This document shows positions 35,510 through 44,129 of a stretch of 64,000 bases of DNA, one piece after another. The first letter of the stretch is position 1. Every line of letters starts with the position of its first letter. Under the pieces are notes generated by a model, which was not told the origin of the DNA, did no database searches, and was given only the letters and a program-made list of their open reading frames with translations. Source of the DNA: Patescibacteria group bacterium (GTDB lineage Bacteria > Patescibacteriota > Patescibacteriia > Patescibacteriales > UBA12465); NCBI GenBank assembly GCA_034002925.1, contig JAVEZP010000002.1, forward strand, positions 16,655-80,654, given 5' to 3'. Both the position numbers and the translations under genes were made by a program.

Positions 35510-36430
35510 TCAAAATATTTTTCCGGCAAATTTTATGCCATTTTCAATTACAACATTTAATTCTTCCTGACTTAAATTAGCCTTTTCTATTTCTTTTTTT
35601 ATATTAGTATTAAATGTTATTGGATCATCAGTGTTTATTGTTACAGAAATACCTAAAGATAAGGCTTTCTTTATTGGGTTAATAGTCCCCCAGTTAACAA
35701 CCCCCAATATCTCGTTACTAATCGGACACATATCTAAACATATTCCATTTTTTTTGATAAATTTAATTGCTTCAGTAGACTCCAGCAGAGCTATTCCGTG
35801 AGCCACCCTATCTGGCGTTAACTTCTTTAATATTTTAAGATTAACTAAATCGCTAGTAAATTCTCCTAAATGAATAATAATTTTCTTTTTAAACTTACTT
35901 CTTACTTTTAACAAAACCTTGTAGTACTTTTCAAATTTATCAAAATCGTCTTCATTTAAAGTTATATCGATTCCAGAAATAGAATCTATATTTTTCTTAT
36001 CAAACAGCGCCACCAAACTCTTTTCTATTTCTTGTTCAGATTTCGTCAAATCAATAGCGGCTATGTAAGAAATAGACTTTCCATCATAACCAATAAGCGC
36101 ATCGTCGTATATTTCTTTAGCATGAGCAAGATTATTAACACTTTTCCATCTATCAAGATGCAAACTTAGACGTAAATCAATATGCGTTATATCGTATTTT
36201 TTCATTTCTTCTACTGTCTGCTGGGCGACTTTCTTAAAATTATCCAAGGTAAAGTGTTTGCTATCTGGGACAGGCAATGTTTTCCTTAAAAAATCTAATC
36301 TATCCTGAGGTTTCAATTTCAAAAATTCCTTATTACTAAAAATACTATAAAAATCATTAAGCTTCTCTGGGTTTACTATTTTTACAAGTCTAAGAACAGA
36401 CTCATAATGCTGGTGCAAAATATAATACAT
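35510..36430 (-). CDS. Adenosine/AMP-deaminase-family amidohydrolase
   Basis: ADA signature set: LHQH (N-terminal HxH), IHLGEF (HxGE), RVAHGI, MCPISN (CPxSN) and INTDDP. Confidence 0.75.
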   Translation of the reverse strand: MYYILHQHYESVLRLVKIVNPEKLNDFYSIFSNKEFLKLKPQDRLDFLRKTLPVPDSKHFTLDNFKKVAQQTVEEMKKYDITHIDLRLSLHLDRWKSVNNLAHAKEIYDDALIGYDGKSISYIAAIDLTKSEQEIEKSLVALFDKKNIDSISGIDITLNEDDFDKFEKYYKVLLKVRSKFKKKIIIHLGEFTSDLVNLKILKKLTPDRVAHGIALLESTEAIKFIKKNGICLDMCPISNEILGVVNWGTINPIKKALSLGISVTINTDDPITFNTNIKKEIEKANLSQEELNVVIENGIKFAGKIF

Positions 36431-36563
36431 ATTTTTATTTACTTCTTATGTTTCTTATAATCTCATAAAGACATCCTTAAGTCAAAATAAAAACATATAA
36501 CTATTAATCGGATTCGAACTAATAATATCCTTTATTTACGCCTATTTCAACTCATTTGACTCC

Positions 36564-36592
36564 AACAAAAAAACTCAGCATAAACTGAGTTT
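36564..36592 (-). terminator. Intrinsic terminator of tRNA-Gln
   Basis: Stem aaactcag/ctgagttt (8 bp) with loop cataaa, then a T-run on the minus strand. Confidence 0.7.
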
Positions 36593-36650
36593 CTTTGTTT
36601 TTTGGCTAATTTTACGACAAATATGTCGGTCTACAGCACAAAAAATGTGT

Positions 36651-36724
36651 TGGCTCGGGGACAGGGACTCGAACCCCGATAGCCAGGACCAGAACCTGGA
36701 GTCCTACCATTAGACGATCCCCGA
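36651..36724 (-). tRNA. tRNA-Gln (anticodon CTG), CCA encoded
   Basis: The minus strand reads TCGGGGA TC GTCT AATGGTA GGAC T CCAGG TTCTGGT CCTGG CTAT CGGGG TTCGAGT CCCTG TCCCCGA G CCA, a full cloverleaf with U1-A72 and G73. Confidence 0.95.
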
Positions 36725-36776
36725 ATAAAAATAGTTTAAATTAATTAAACTATTCGTTTGTATTATAAAGACTTGC

Positions 36777-38282
36777 TTATTTTTTTTCAAGCTGTTTATT
36801 TTTAACTACTTTTTCTATTTTAGGACGCATTAAAGGAAAGAGAGTGCTTTCCCTCACTGGCTTATCTATCATAAAGGCAAATAAACGCTCACCAAAACCA
36901 AAACCACAGGTAGGTGGCATACCGTGCTCTAACATCTCGACAAATTCCCAATCAGGCATCATCGCTTCTTGATCACCACGATCAATTAATTCTTGTTGTA
37001 ACTCAAAACGCTGACGCTGATCAACGGGATCATTTAATTCAGAAAAACCGTTACCAACCTCACTACCAGCAATAATTACCTGGAATCTTTCGGTTAAGTC
37101 CGGATTTTCAACTTTAGATTTTGATAATGGTGAAACTAATTTAGGATGATTAATTAAAAAGGCAGGTCCAGCAATTTGACGACGACAATATTTCCACAAA
37201 GTATCAGTTAATCTCTCCTTGTTATCCCCTTCATATTTAACCGCTAATTCTTCTAATTTAGCTTTCATTTCTTCTTCGGTGGCTGTGAGCACATCAATTC
37301 CTGTGTGCTTTAACACTTCTGCTCTATAATCAATGCGAGGCCAATTCCCTGCTAAATCATATTCAAAACCCTTGGTGCTAAATTTAGTGCGACCAAAAAC
37401 CCTCATCGCCAACTCTTGATAGAGCTCTTGGACTAAAGTCATGCCTTGTTCATAATTAGCATAGGCCCAATAGAATTCTAAATTGCTAAATTCTTGTAAA
37501 TGATCAGGGCTAGAGCCTTCATTACGATAGACACGACCAATTTCAAAGACTTTCTCATAACCAGCTGCCATTAATCTTTTTTGCCATAATTCACCCACAG
37601 AAATGCGCAGATAGACATCTAAATCGTAATCATTATGATGAGTTTTAAAAGGATTAGCTTCAGCGCCACCGGTGCTAGTTTCTAGAGTTGGTGTTTCCAC
37701 TTCAAAAAATCCTTTCTGTTTCATGAAATCACGAGTCACTTCCCAAAATAAAGCTTTTTTTATAAAAATATCTCTTAACTCTGGATTTAATAATAAATCA
37801 AGATAGCGTTTACGATATCTTTCGTCTTCATCTTTCAGTCCATACCAAGCATCTGGCACGGGCATAATTGCCTTACTCAATAATCGCCAATCTTGGGCCA
37901 TTAAAGTCTTGGCTCCTTGATTGCTTAAAAAAACTTGACCACTAACTTCAATAAAGTCAGCACTATCAATTAATTTTACAAAATTCTTATACTTTTCATC
38001 ACCTAACTCTTTTTTTGAAAAAGCAATTTGAATTTTAGAGGAAGCATCCTCTAAATCTGCGAAACTTAAATTACCATGACTACGCACACTTCTTAGGCGA
38101 CCAGCAACAACAACCTTAGTCTGCTGAGTAAGAAATTCATCAAAATTAAGCAAGAGCTCTTTGATTTGATGAGTTTTATGACTAGCAGAAGGATAGGGGT
38201 TAATTCCTAACTCTTTTAGTTTTTCTAGTTTGCGCAAACGCTCAGTTCTTTCACTGTTAGGCGCTAAGCTTGGCTGAGTCAT
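36777..38282 (-). CDS. lysS: Lysine--tRNA ligase (class II)
   Basis: 501 aa with an OB-fold N-terminus and class II motifs (..FEVETPTLE.., ..GRVYRNEG.., ..GFGFGERL..). Confidence 0.93.
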   Translation of the reverse strand: MTQPSLAPNSERTERLRKLEKLKELGINPYPSASHKTHQIKELLLNFDEFLTQQTKVVVAGRLRSVRSHGNLSFADLEDASSKIQIAFSKKELGDEKYKNFVKLIDSADFIEVSGQVFLSNQGAKTLMAQDWRLLSKAIMPVPDAWYGLKDEDERYRKRYLDLLLNPELRDIFIKKALFWEVTRDFMKQKGFFEVETPTLETSTGGAEANPFKTHHNDYDLDVYLRISVGELWQKRLMAAGYEKVFEIGRVYRNEGSSPDHLQEFSNLEFYWAYANYEQGMTLVQELYQELAMRVFGRTKFSTKGFEYDLAGNWPRIDYRAEVLKHTGIDVLTATEEEMKAKLEELAVKYEGDNKERLTDTLWKYCRRQIAGPAFLINHPKLVSPLSKSKVENPDLTERFQVIIAGSEVGNGFSELNDPVDQRQRFELQQELIDRGDQEAMMPDWEFVEMLEHGMPPTCGFGFGERLFAFMIDKPVRESTLFPLMRPKIEKVVKNKQLEKK

Positions 38283-38287
38283 ATGTT

Positions 38288-38746
38288 TTAACTAATTTTT
38301 TTAATTTTATATTCAACTGTTCCTCGTGGGGTTTCAACCATCACTGTCTCTCCTTTTTTCTTTCCCAAAAAAGCTAAGCCTAAAGGCGATTCATTAGAAA
38401 TCTTGCCATTTAAAGGATCAGCCTCATTAAAACTAACAATTGTATATTCCTTGTCTTTACCATTACAACTCACGGTTACACTTGATCCCATCGCTACCTC
38501 ACCCTTAGCACCTCCAGCATCAACAATAGTCACATTTTTTAAAGTATTGGTCAGTTCAAGAATGCGACCTTCATTTAAAGCTTGAGCGTCTTTTGCTTCA
38601 CTGTATTCAGCGTTCTCACTTAGGTCCCCCAGCTCTTTAGCTCTTTCAATTCTTTCCGCTATTTCCCTTCTTTTTAGGGTACTTAAATTATTAAGTTCAG
38701 CGGCTAATTTATTATATCCATCTTGAGTAATGATTTGTTCAGGCAT
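38288..38746 (-). CDS. greA: Transcription elongation factor GreA
   Basis: 152 aa containing ..RREIAERIERAKELGDLSENAEYSEAKDAQ... Confidence 0.92.
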   Translation of the reverse strand: MPEQIITQDGYNKLAAELNNLSTLKRREIAERIERAKELGDLSENAEYSEAKDAQALNEGRILELTNTLKNVTIVDAGGAKGEVAMGSSVTVSCNGKDKEYTIVSFNEADPLNGKISNESPLGLAFLGKKKGETVMVETPRGTVEYKIKKIS

Positions 38747-38808
38747 AAATTATTATTTTAGTTAAAGCGTCAGCTCCAAAGAGCTGAAAACGCCACAATT
38801 AGTATGTA

Positions 38809-40281
38809 TTATAAAGAATTTTTAGTGATAAAACAAGAGCTAAGCAACAAAAAACTTAAACCCAAGGGGTGATTAAGATAGGGAGTAAAAATATTGACTA
38901 TCATTAGAAAAAATAAGGCGATTGCCAAAGCTGTAATTTCAATTTTATTTTCCTTTCTACTACTCTTAATTAAACCGTGCAATATTAAAAGCAACCAAAC
39001 TAAAAAGGCTAATAATCCAAAAAAACCAATTTTAAGCCAAGTATCTAAATAGGCCCATTCAAAAGCATAACTAGTATATAAACCATCAGGATTTTGGGCT
39101 AACACGCGCGGATCTTGAGACACATAACTCACATTAGCGCCAAAACCTTGACCAAAGAAAAAACTATTATTAATTTCTGACCATAAAGCGGGTAATAGCG
39201 ACCAACGTGAAGCTAGGGCGGCTTCTCCGCTTTCTACCTCTAATCTTTCACTCAGAGCTGACATTGAGACCGAACTACTTTGATTAGGATAAGGGAATTT
39301 AATAATTATAAAAATCAAAAATAAAGATAAAAGAGTAATAACTAATACGTGCATAGCGTTTAAGAAATAAAAGCGCCATTTATTTCTCCAAGTAAAAATA
39401 ACTCCTACAGCCATCGCCAACACAAAGGCCAACCAAAAACTACGAGACATGCTCATAATTAAATTAGTCATCATTAACACTAAAAATAAATATACTTTAA
39501 GTTTTTGTTGCTTGTTTAAGTTATGACTCAAATAACACCATAAACCCAAGATAAAAGCGGGAGCTAAATAAATTTGAGATTGGATAAAGATACGATACCA
39601 ACCGCCACCCATCGCTGTAATTTCAGCCACACCGCTGCGTCTCAACCAGAGATATAAATCAGGCACAATAACTAGATTATGAGAAAAGATAAATAATAAA
39701 AACAAGCCTTTTAAAGCTAGCCAAGTAAGGGCTGCTCCTGCTATTAAATATAAACGTGCCTTTTGTTCATTTGTTATTTTTGGCAGATAAATCAGAGATA
39801 GGGGCAAAATCCAAGCTAGATAAAACCAAGCGTTAATATCTTGAAAAATATCAATCACACTATTACCCCTTATTAACGCCACAATTAAACCAAAAGCAAT
39901 AAATCCTAGTAATACTAAAAACGGTCGCCAAAGCGGATAATTTAATATTTTTTTATACAATAAACGCCAATCTTGACGATAGATATAGATTAAACTAGCT
40001 ATCATTAACGCTATAAATAATACCAAGCGCAAAGAAAGTGGAAAAGAAAAAAGTGTATATGAAAAAAGATGCCCTTTTGAGCCAATAATTAATTCTGCCA
40101 CTGACAACAGCAATCCATATTCTAAAGAACGAAGACTAATAAGTAGAGTAATAACAAATAAGCTAATGAGAATAAATGGCTGCAAAATAGGATAAAAATA
40201 GGCTAAAAAAGATAAAAGCTCTATTAATAACAAGAGCTTAATAATTAAAATAAAAGGATTTTTAATCGAAAAATAATGCAT
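38809..40281 (-). CDS. O-antigen ligase/polymerase (Wzy_C)-like polytopic membrane protein
   Basis: 490 aa with at least 10 TM helices and an MSRSFWLAFVLAM segment, in a glycan-cluster context. Confidence 0.65.
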   Translation of the reverse strand: MHYFSIKNPFILIIKLLLLIELLSFLAYFYPILQPFILISLFVITLLISLRSLEYGLLLSVAELIIGSKGHLFSYTLFSFPLSLRLVLFIALMIASLIYIYRQDWRLLYKKILNYPLWRPFLVLLGFIAFGLIVALIRGNSVIDIFQDINAWFYLAWILPLSLIYLPKITNEQKARLYLIAGAALTWLALKGLFLLFIFSHNLVIVPDLYLWLRRSGVAEITAMGGGWYRIFIQSQIYLAPAFILGLWCYLSHNLNKQQKLKVYLFLVLMMTNLIMSMSRSFWLAFVLAMAVGVIFTWRNKWRFYFLNAMHVLVITLLSLFLIFIIIKFPYPNQSSSVSMSALSERLEVESGEAALASRWSLLPALWSEINNSFFFGQGFGANVSYVSQDPRVLAQNPDGLYTSYAFEWAYLDTWLKIGFFGLLAFLVWLLLILHGLIKSSRKENKIEITALAIALFFLMIVNIFTPYLNHPLGLSFLLLSSCFITKNSL

Positions 40282-40287
40282 AAAAAA

Positions 40288-40758
40288 TTACCAATTAACT
40301 AAACTACCTAAACCGAGACCACAAGCCTGACTCATACCGGCTTTAATTTCTAAAACAGCGTCTACGGGGCTACCGCTATGATAGCTTTGGCTTGGACTGG
40401 CTCCTTCGGGAGCTAAATTGCGATAGATATTTACCACCCTATTATCATTAATAAAAATGATATCTAAAGGAAAATTCATATTTCTCATCACAAAAGAGCG
40501 ATCTTTTTTCTCTGAGAACAAAAACAGCATCGCTTCCCTATCTTTTAGTTCAGGGCGACCGGATAAACCTTGATATTGCTCAGCGGGGCTCAAGGCTAAT
40601 TCTGCCTCAAAGAAACAATTAGCGGCTTTAACTGATTTTATTTTTGTTCTGTCGACAAAGAAAAGAGATAAACAAAGCAAAATCAGTAAAATAAAAAATA
40701 AGCGCCAATATTTGTTAGAAAGAAAATTAAAACTAATTTTTTTCTTAAAGTAAGTCAT
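40288..40758 (-). CDS. DUF192 domain protein
   Basis: 156 aa with a signal/TM segment and MLFLFSEKKDRSFVMRNMNFPLDIIFIN, typical of DUF192. Confidence 0.7.
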   Translation of the reverse strand: MTYFKKKISFNFLSNKYWRLFFILLILLCLSLFFVDRTKIKSVKAANCFFEAELALSPAEQYQGLSGRPELKDREAMLFLFSEKKDRSFVMRNMNFPLDIIFINDNRVVNIYRNLAPEGASPSQSYHSGSPVDAVLEIKAGMSQACGLGLGSLVNW

Positions 40759-41446
40759 GTTTCTTTTTAATCACAGCTAAAGCACTTTTATATTTCTTCA
40801 CTGCCTTTAAAAAAGGCAGTAATTTATAAGCAAAAGCTGGTAACCACGAACTAATAGTGCCACCTGGTGCAATATAAAAAAGAACTTGATTAACCCAAAT
40901 TCCCTCTTTATTCTCTTTTAACATCGTTAGCCATAAATCCCAGTCTTGAAATTTTTTAATACTTTCATCCCAGCCCTGAGCAGGAAAATCAACGCGACGA
41001 ATCAAAGCCATGGTATGAATATATGGACCTTGTTTTAGTTTTTCGGCTGAAAAGGGACCGACTTTAAATAATTTCTTACCCCATCTAAAAGAAGGATAGC
41101 TATAAGCAGCGCTAGGATTATTAGTTAAAGCTTCAAATAAAGTAACTAAAGCGTCTTTTTTTAAAATAGCATCAGCATCACAGAAAAATAAAAAATCTCC
41201 TTGTGCTTCCTTGTAGCCACGATTACGAGCGGCAGGCGCACCTTGATTAGCTTGTTTAATAAAAACAAAACGATTTTCGGCTTTAGTATTTTTAGTAAAT
41301 TCCGCAAATACCGCCTCTGGATTATCGGTAGAACCATCATCTATTACAATTACTTCCCAATCTTGATAACTTTGCTGAGCAATGCTTAATAGAGCCTTTT
41401 CTAATTTATTAGCCTGATTATAAACAGGAATGATAATAGAAATCAT
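40745..41446 (-). CDS. Glycosyltransferase family 2
   Basis: Contains ISIIIPVYNQANKLEKALLSIAQQSYQDWEVIVIDDGSTD and a DAD motif. Confidence 0.88.
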   Translation of the reverse strand: MISIIIPVYNQANKLEKALLSIAQQSYQDWEVIVIDDGSTDNPEAVFAEFTKNTKAENRFVFIKQANQGAPAARNRGYKEAQGDFLFFCDADAILKKDALVTLFEALTNNPSAAYSYPSFRWGKKLFKVGPFSAEKLKQGPYIHTMALIRRVDFPAQGWDESIKKFQDWDLWLTMLKENKEGIWVNQVLFYIAPGGTISSWLPAFAYKLLPFLKAVKKYKSALAVIKKKHDLL

Positions 41447-42537
41447 AGTGATAAAGAATCAAAAATTTTAGCTAATTTATGTGCTTGACCATGCCAATTA
41501 AAATGCTCTAATGCTCTTTTTTGGCCTTTTATGCCCAGGTCTTTAGCTAAATTATCATTAGTTAATAATAATTTAATAGCCTGAGTAATTTCAATAATAT
41601 TATCTGGATTAACCAATAGCCCAGTTTGCTCATGAACCACGGCATCTCTCACTCCACCACTATCACCAGCAATAACTGGCTTAGCTAATAAATTAGCTTC
41701 TAAATACACAATCCCAAAACCTTCAAAATCGCCTTTAATATTACGAGCGGGCATTACAAATATATCACATAAATTTAAGTAAGACCACTTTTCCTCCTCT
41801 TTGAGATTAGTTAAAAATATAATTTGTTGACGATAAGGATGTTTAGCAATTAAAGACTGAAGATAGGCCTCGTCTTCTCCTTGTCCTGATAAAATATAAA
41901 CCCAATTTTCATCTTTTAAATCTTCTAAGGCTTTTAACACGTAATCAAAGCCTTTACGACGAACCAATCTACCTAAAGAAAAAATCACTTTTTTATTCTC
42001 TAAATGATGTTTAGCTATTAATTTCTCTTTCGCTACGATTAAATTTTGATTAGGCATATTAGCTGCCGGATTCAGTATAAAGCTCGATTTTTTTAACACC
42101 GGATTATCTTGCACAATTAATTCTTGCAGATAAGTATTAGCCGCTATCACTAACTTAGCTCTTTTTAAAATAAGACTACTTATCATTCTTTTCCAAGGAT
42201 TTTTTCTTGCTAAACTATAATCTAAACCATGCAGAATCAAAGCGTAGCGAAAACCTGGCATAAAACTTAAGAGCAAAGCACTAGTGCCTAAAGGTAAGAT
42301 TTGACCAATAACAATCAAAGTATATTTTTCTTGTCGCCAAGCTTTAAATATGGCGACTATAGACTTAAGCCAAGGCCAGAAAGAATGTTTAAACAACAAC
42401 TTATTATTACTATTATCTAAAACATCCAAAACAGACTGCTTAGGCCAAGCATCTTTAAGATGATAATAATAGTTAGCCACTCCTCCTATTTGTGGCGGAT
42501 ATTCCAAAGTGCAGAGTAAGAATTTTTTCATAGACAT
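41443..42537 (-). CDS. Glycosyltransferase family 4 (GT-B)
   Basis: Contains EGFGIVYLEANLLAKPVIAGDSGGVRDAVVHEQTGLLV. Confidence 0.88.
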   Translation of the reverse strand: MSMKKFLLCTLEYPPQIGGVANYYYHLKDAWPKQSVLDVLDNSNNKLLFKHSFWPWLKSIVAIFKAWRQEKYTLIVIGQILPLGTSALLLSFMPGFRYALILHGLDYSLARKNPWKRMISSLILKRAKLVIAANTYLQELIVQDNPVLKKSSFILNPAANMPNQNLIVAKEKLIAKHHLENKKVIFSLGRLVRRKGFDYVLKALEDLKDENWVYILSGQGEDEAYLQSLIAKHPYRQQIIFLTNLKEEEKWSYLNLCDIFVMPARNIKGDFEGFGIVYLEANLLAKPVIAGDSGGVRDAVVHEQTGLLVNPDNIIEITQAIKLLLTNDNLAKDLGIKGQKRALEHFNWHGQAHKLAKIFDSLSL

Positions 42538-43961
42538 TAACGAAAAGATTTAATAATACTACTGATATCTTCTTTTTTAAAGCCACCTACTAAATATAAA
42601 ACAATAAAATAGAGCATCCCTCCTAGCATTACCGCCAATAATAAAGGTAAAGTATCTTTGCTAAAAAAGATCAAAAGTCCCATGACAATAGCGGCTAATA
42701 GCGATTTAAATAAAACTTTTAAATTTGTATAAGGACGATAATCAATTAAAGTGCCGATTGAGAAGATTCCTAAAGAAAACATCACTGCATTGCTTATTAA
42801 AACAGTTAAACTAGCCCCCAAAGCTTGCCAAAGAGGAATAAAAATGAGATTTAAAATAATGCTTAAGCTAGTTGCTATGCCCATATTAAAAGTATTACGC
42901 TTTTGTCGATCACAAGCATTAAGTAGTGAACCCACAGGAAAGTTTAGGAAGATAAAAAATAAAGCTAGAATAGATAAACGCAAAGGCCACACCGCCTCTT
43001 CCCCAGCTTTAAATAAAGGCACAATTTTATCCGCTAAGCTAAAGACACCGAAGATAATAGGTAAAGATAAAATTAAAAGATAATTTAAAGCACGTTCAAA
43101 GGTGATGCGTAATTGAGCGGGATTATTTTTCCAATAAGAACTTAAAGCGGGATACAGAGAAGCAGTAAAGGCCATTGGTAAAAACTGTAAAGCAAAAATT
43201 AACTTAAAAGCAATTTGATAAATACCTACCTGACTATAACCAGCCAGAAAACCCAGTAAAAGAGAATCTAAATAAGTAAATAGTCGTTGAAAAATATTAT
43301 ATAAAGCAAAAGGAATGCTTAAGCGCAACATTTTTTTAATTTCCAGCCAATCCCAAAGAGGTTTAATCTTGAGTTTTAAATATTTTGTTACAATATAAGC
43401 TGAATAAATAACGTTAAACAAACTCGCTAAACTAAGAACAGCCACTAAAGCGTAAAGGGGCCAATTTAGATAAATGACTAAGAGTCCAAAAATGAGCACA
43501 ATTAATTGAAACAAAATAGAGGCCAAGCTTTCATATTTGAGATTGTGAAAACCACGGGCTACCGAGAAAAAGGTATTAGTAAAAGAATCTAAGAGCATTG
43601 AAATAGAGGAAAAAATGATTAGACCAAAAAGTAATGGATTGTATAAGAAAAAGGCTAAAACAAGAGCGACAAGCACTGTTATAACTCCTAAAATTAATTT
43701 AATTGCAACTATACTTTGTAACCAAAAAGAGGCCCGATCTTGATCTTTAGCTACTTCCCTGGTTAAAACATTAGCAAAGCCTAAATCAATAAAAATAGAG
43801 AAAATAGTGGTAAAAGCAATGGCAGTATAATACTGTCCTAAAGCTTCTAGACCTAAAAAACGAGCCAAAAGAATAAAATACAAAAAAGATATTATTTTTT
43901 GGACAATTAAGGCTAAAGTTAGATAAGAGGTATTTTTAGCAATATTAGCTATTTTTGGCAT
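42537..43961 (-). CDS. Polysaccharide flippase (Wzx/MOP superfamily)
   Basis: 474 aa with about 12-14 TM helices. It is the first gene of the glycan operon, and its stop overlaps the next start. Confidence 0.8.
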   Translation of the reverse strand: MPKIANIAKNTSYLTLALIVQKIISFLYFILLARFLGLEALGQYYTAIAFTTIFSIFIDLGFANVLTREVAKDQDRASFWLQSIVAIKLILGVITVLVALVLAFFLYNPLLFGLIIFSSISMLLDSFTNTFFSVARGFHNLKYESLASILFQLIVLIFGLLVIYLNWPLYALVAVLSLASLFNVIYSAYIVTKYLKLKIKPLWDWLEIKKMLRLSIPFALYNIFQRLFTYLDSLLLGFLAGYSQVGIYQIAFKLIFALQFLPMAFTASLYPALSSYWKNNPAQLRITFERALNYLLILSLPIIFGVFSLADKIVPLFKAGEEAVWPLRLSILALFFIFLNFPVGSLLNACDRQKRNTFNMGIATSLSIILNLIFIPLWQALGASLTVLISNAVMFSLGIFSIGTLIDYRPYTNLKVLFKSLLAAIVMGLLIFFSKDTLPLLLAVMLGGMLYFIVLYLVGGFKKEDISSIIKSFR

Positions 43962-44129
43962 AAATAAAAAAAGTCATACTTCTGGCTGTCAATAGTATAT
44001 CAAGTATTGATTATTTTTTAAAGTTATGATACTATTTTCTTAGCAAAGAAAAAATAATTTTCTTTTTTTGTGCCTTTACCGCAAAATCAGAAACAAATCA
44101 AGGCCTTTCCAGCCTTATTTTAAATTTAT

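Noticed and set aside
24393-36520. Recurrent palindromic TTCGAA hexamers in island intergenic regions, considered as a restriction-modification target or other palindromic signal
   Set aside because: Each occurrence sits in a longer tRNA T-loop-like context (GTTCGAATCC or TCGAAC next to acceptor-like sequence). tRNA-fragment origin explains them better.
24343-36724. Search for an integrase or recombinase, phage structural genes, or toxin/defence ATPases in the island
   Set aside because: None was found among the ORFs of 60 aa or more. The only mobility gene is the IS200-type tnpA. The island cannot therefore be called a prophage or ICE from this window.
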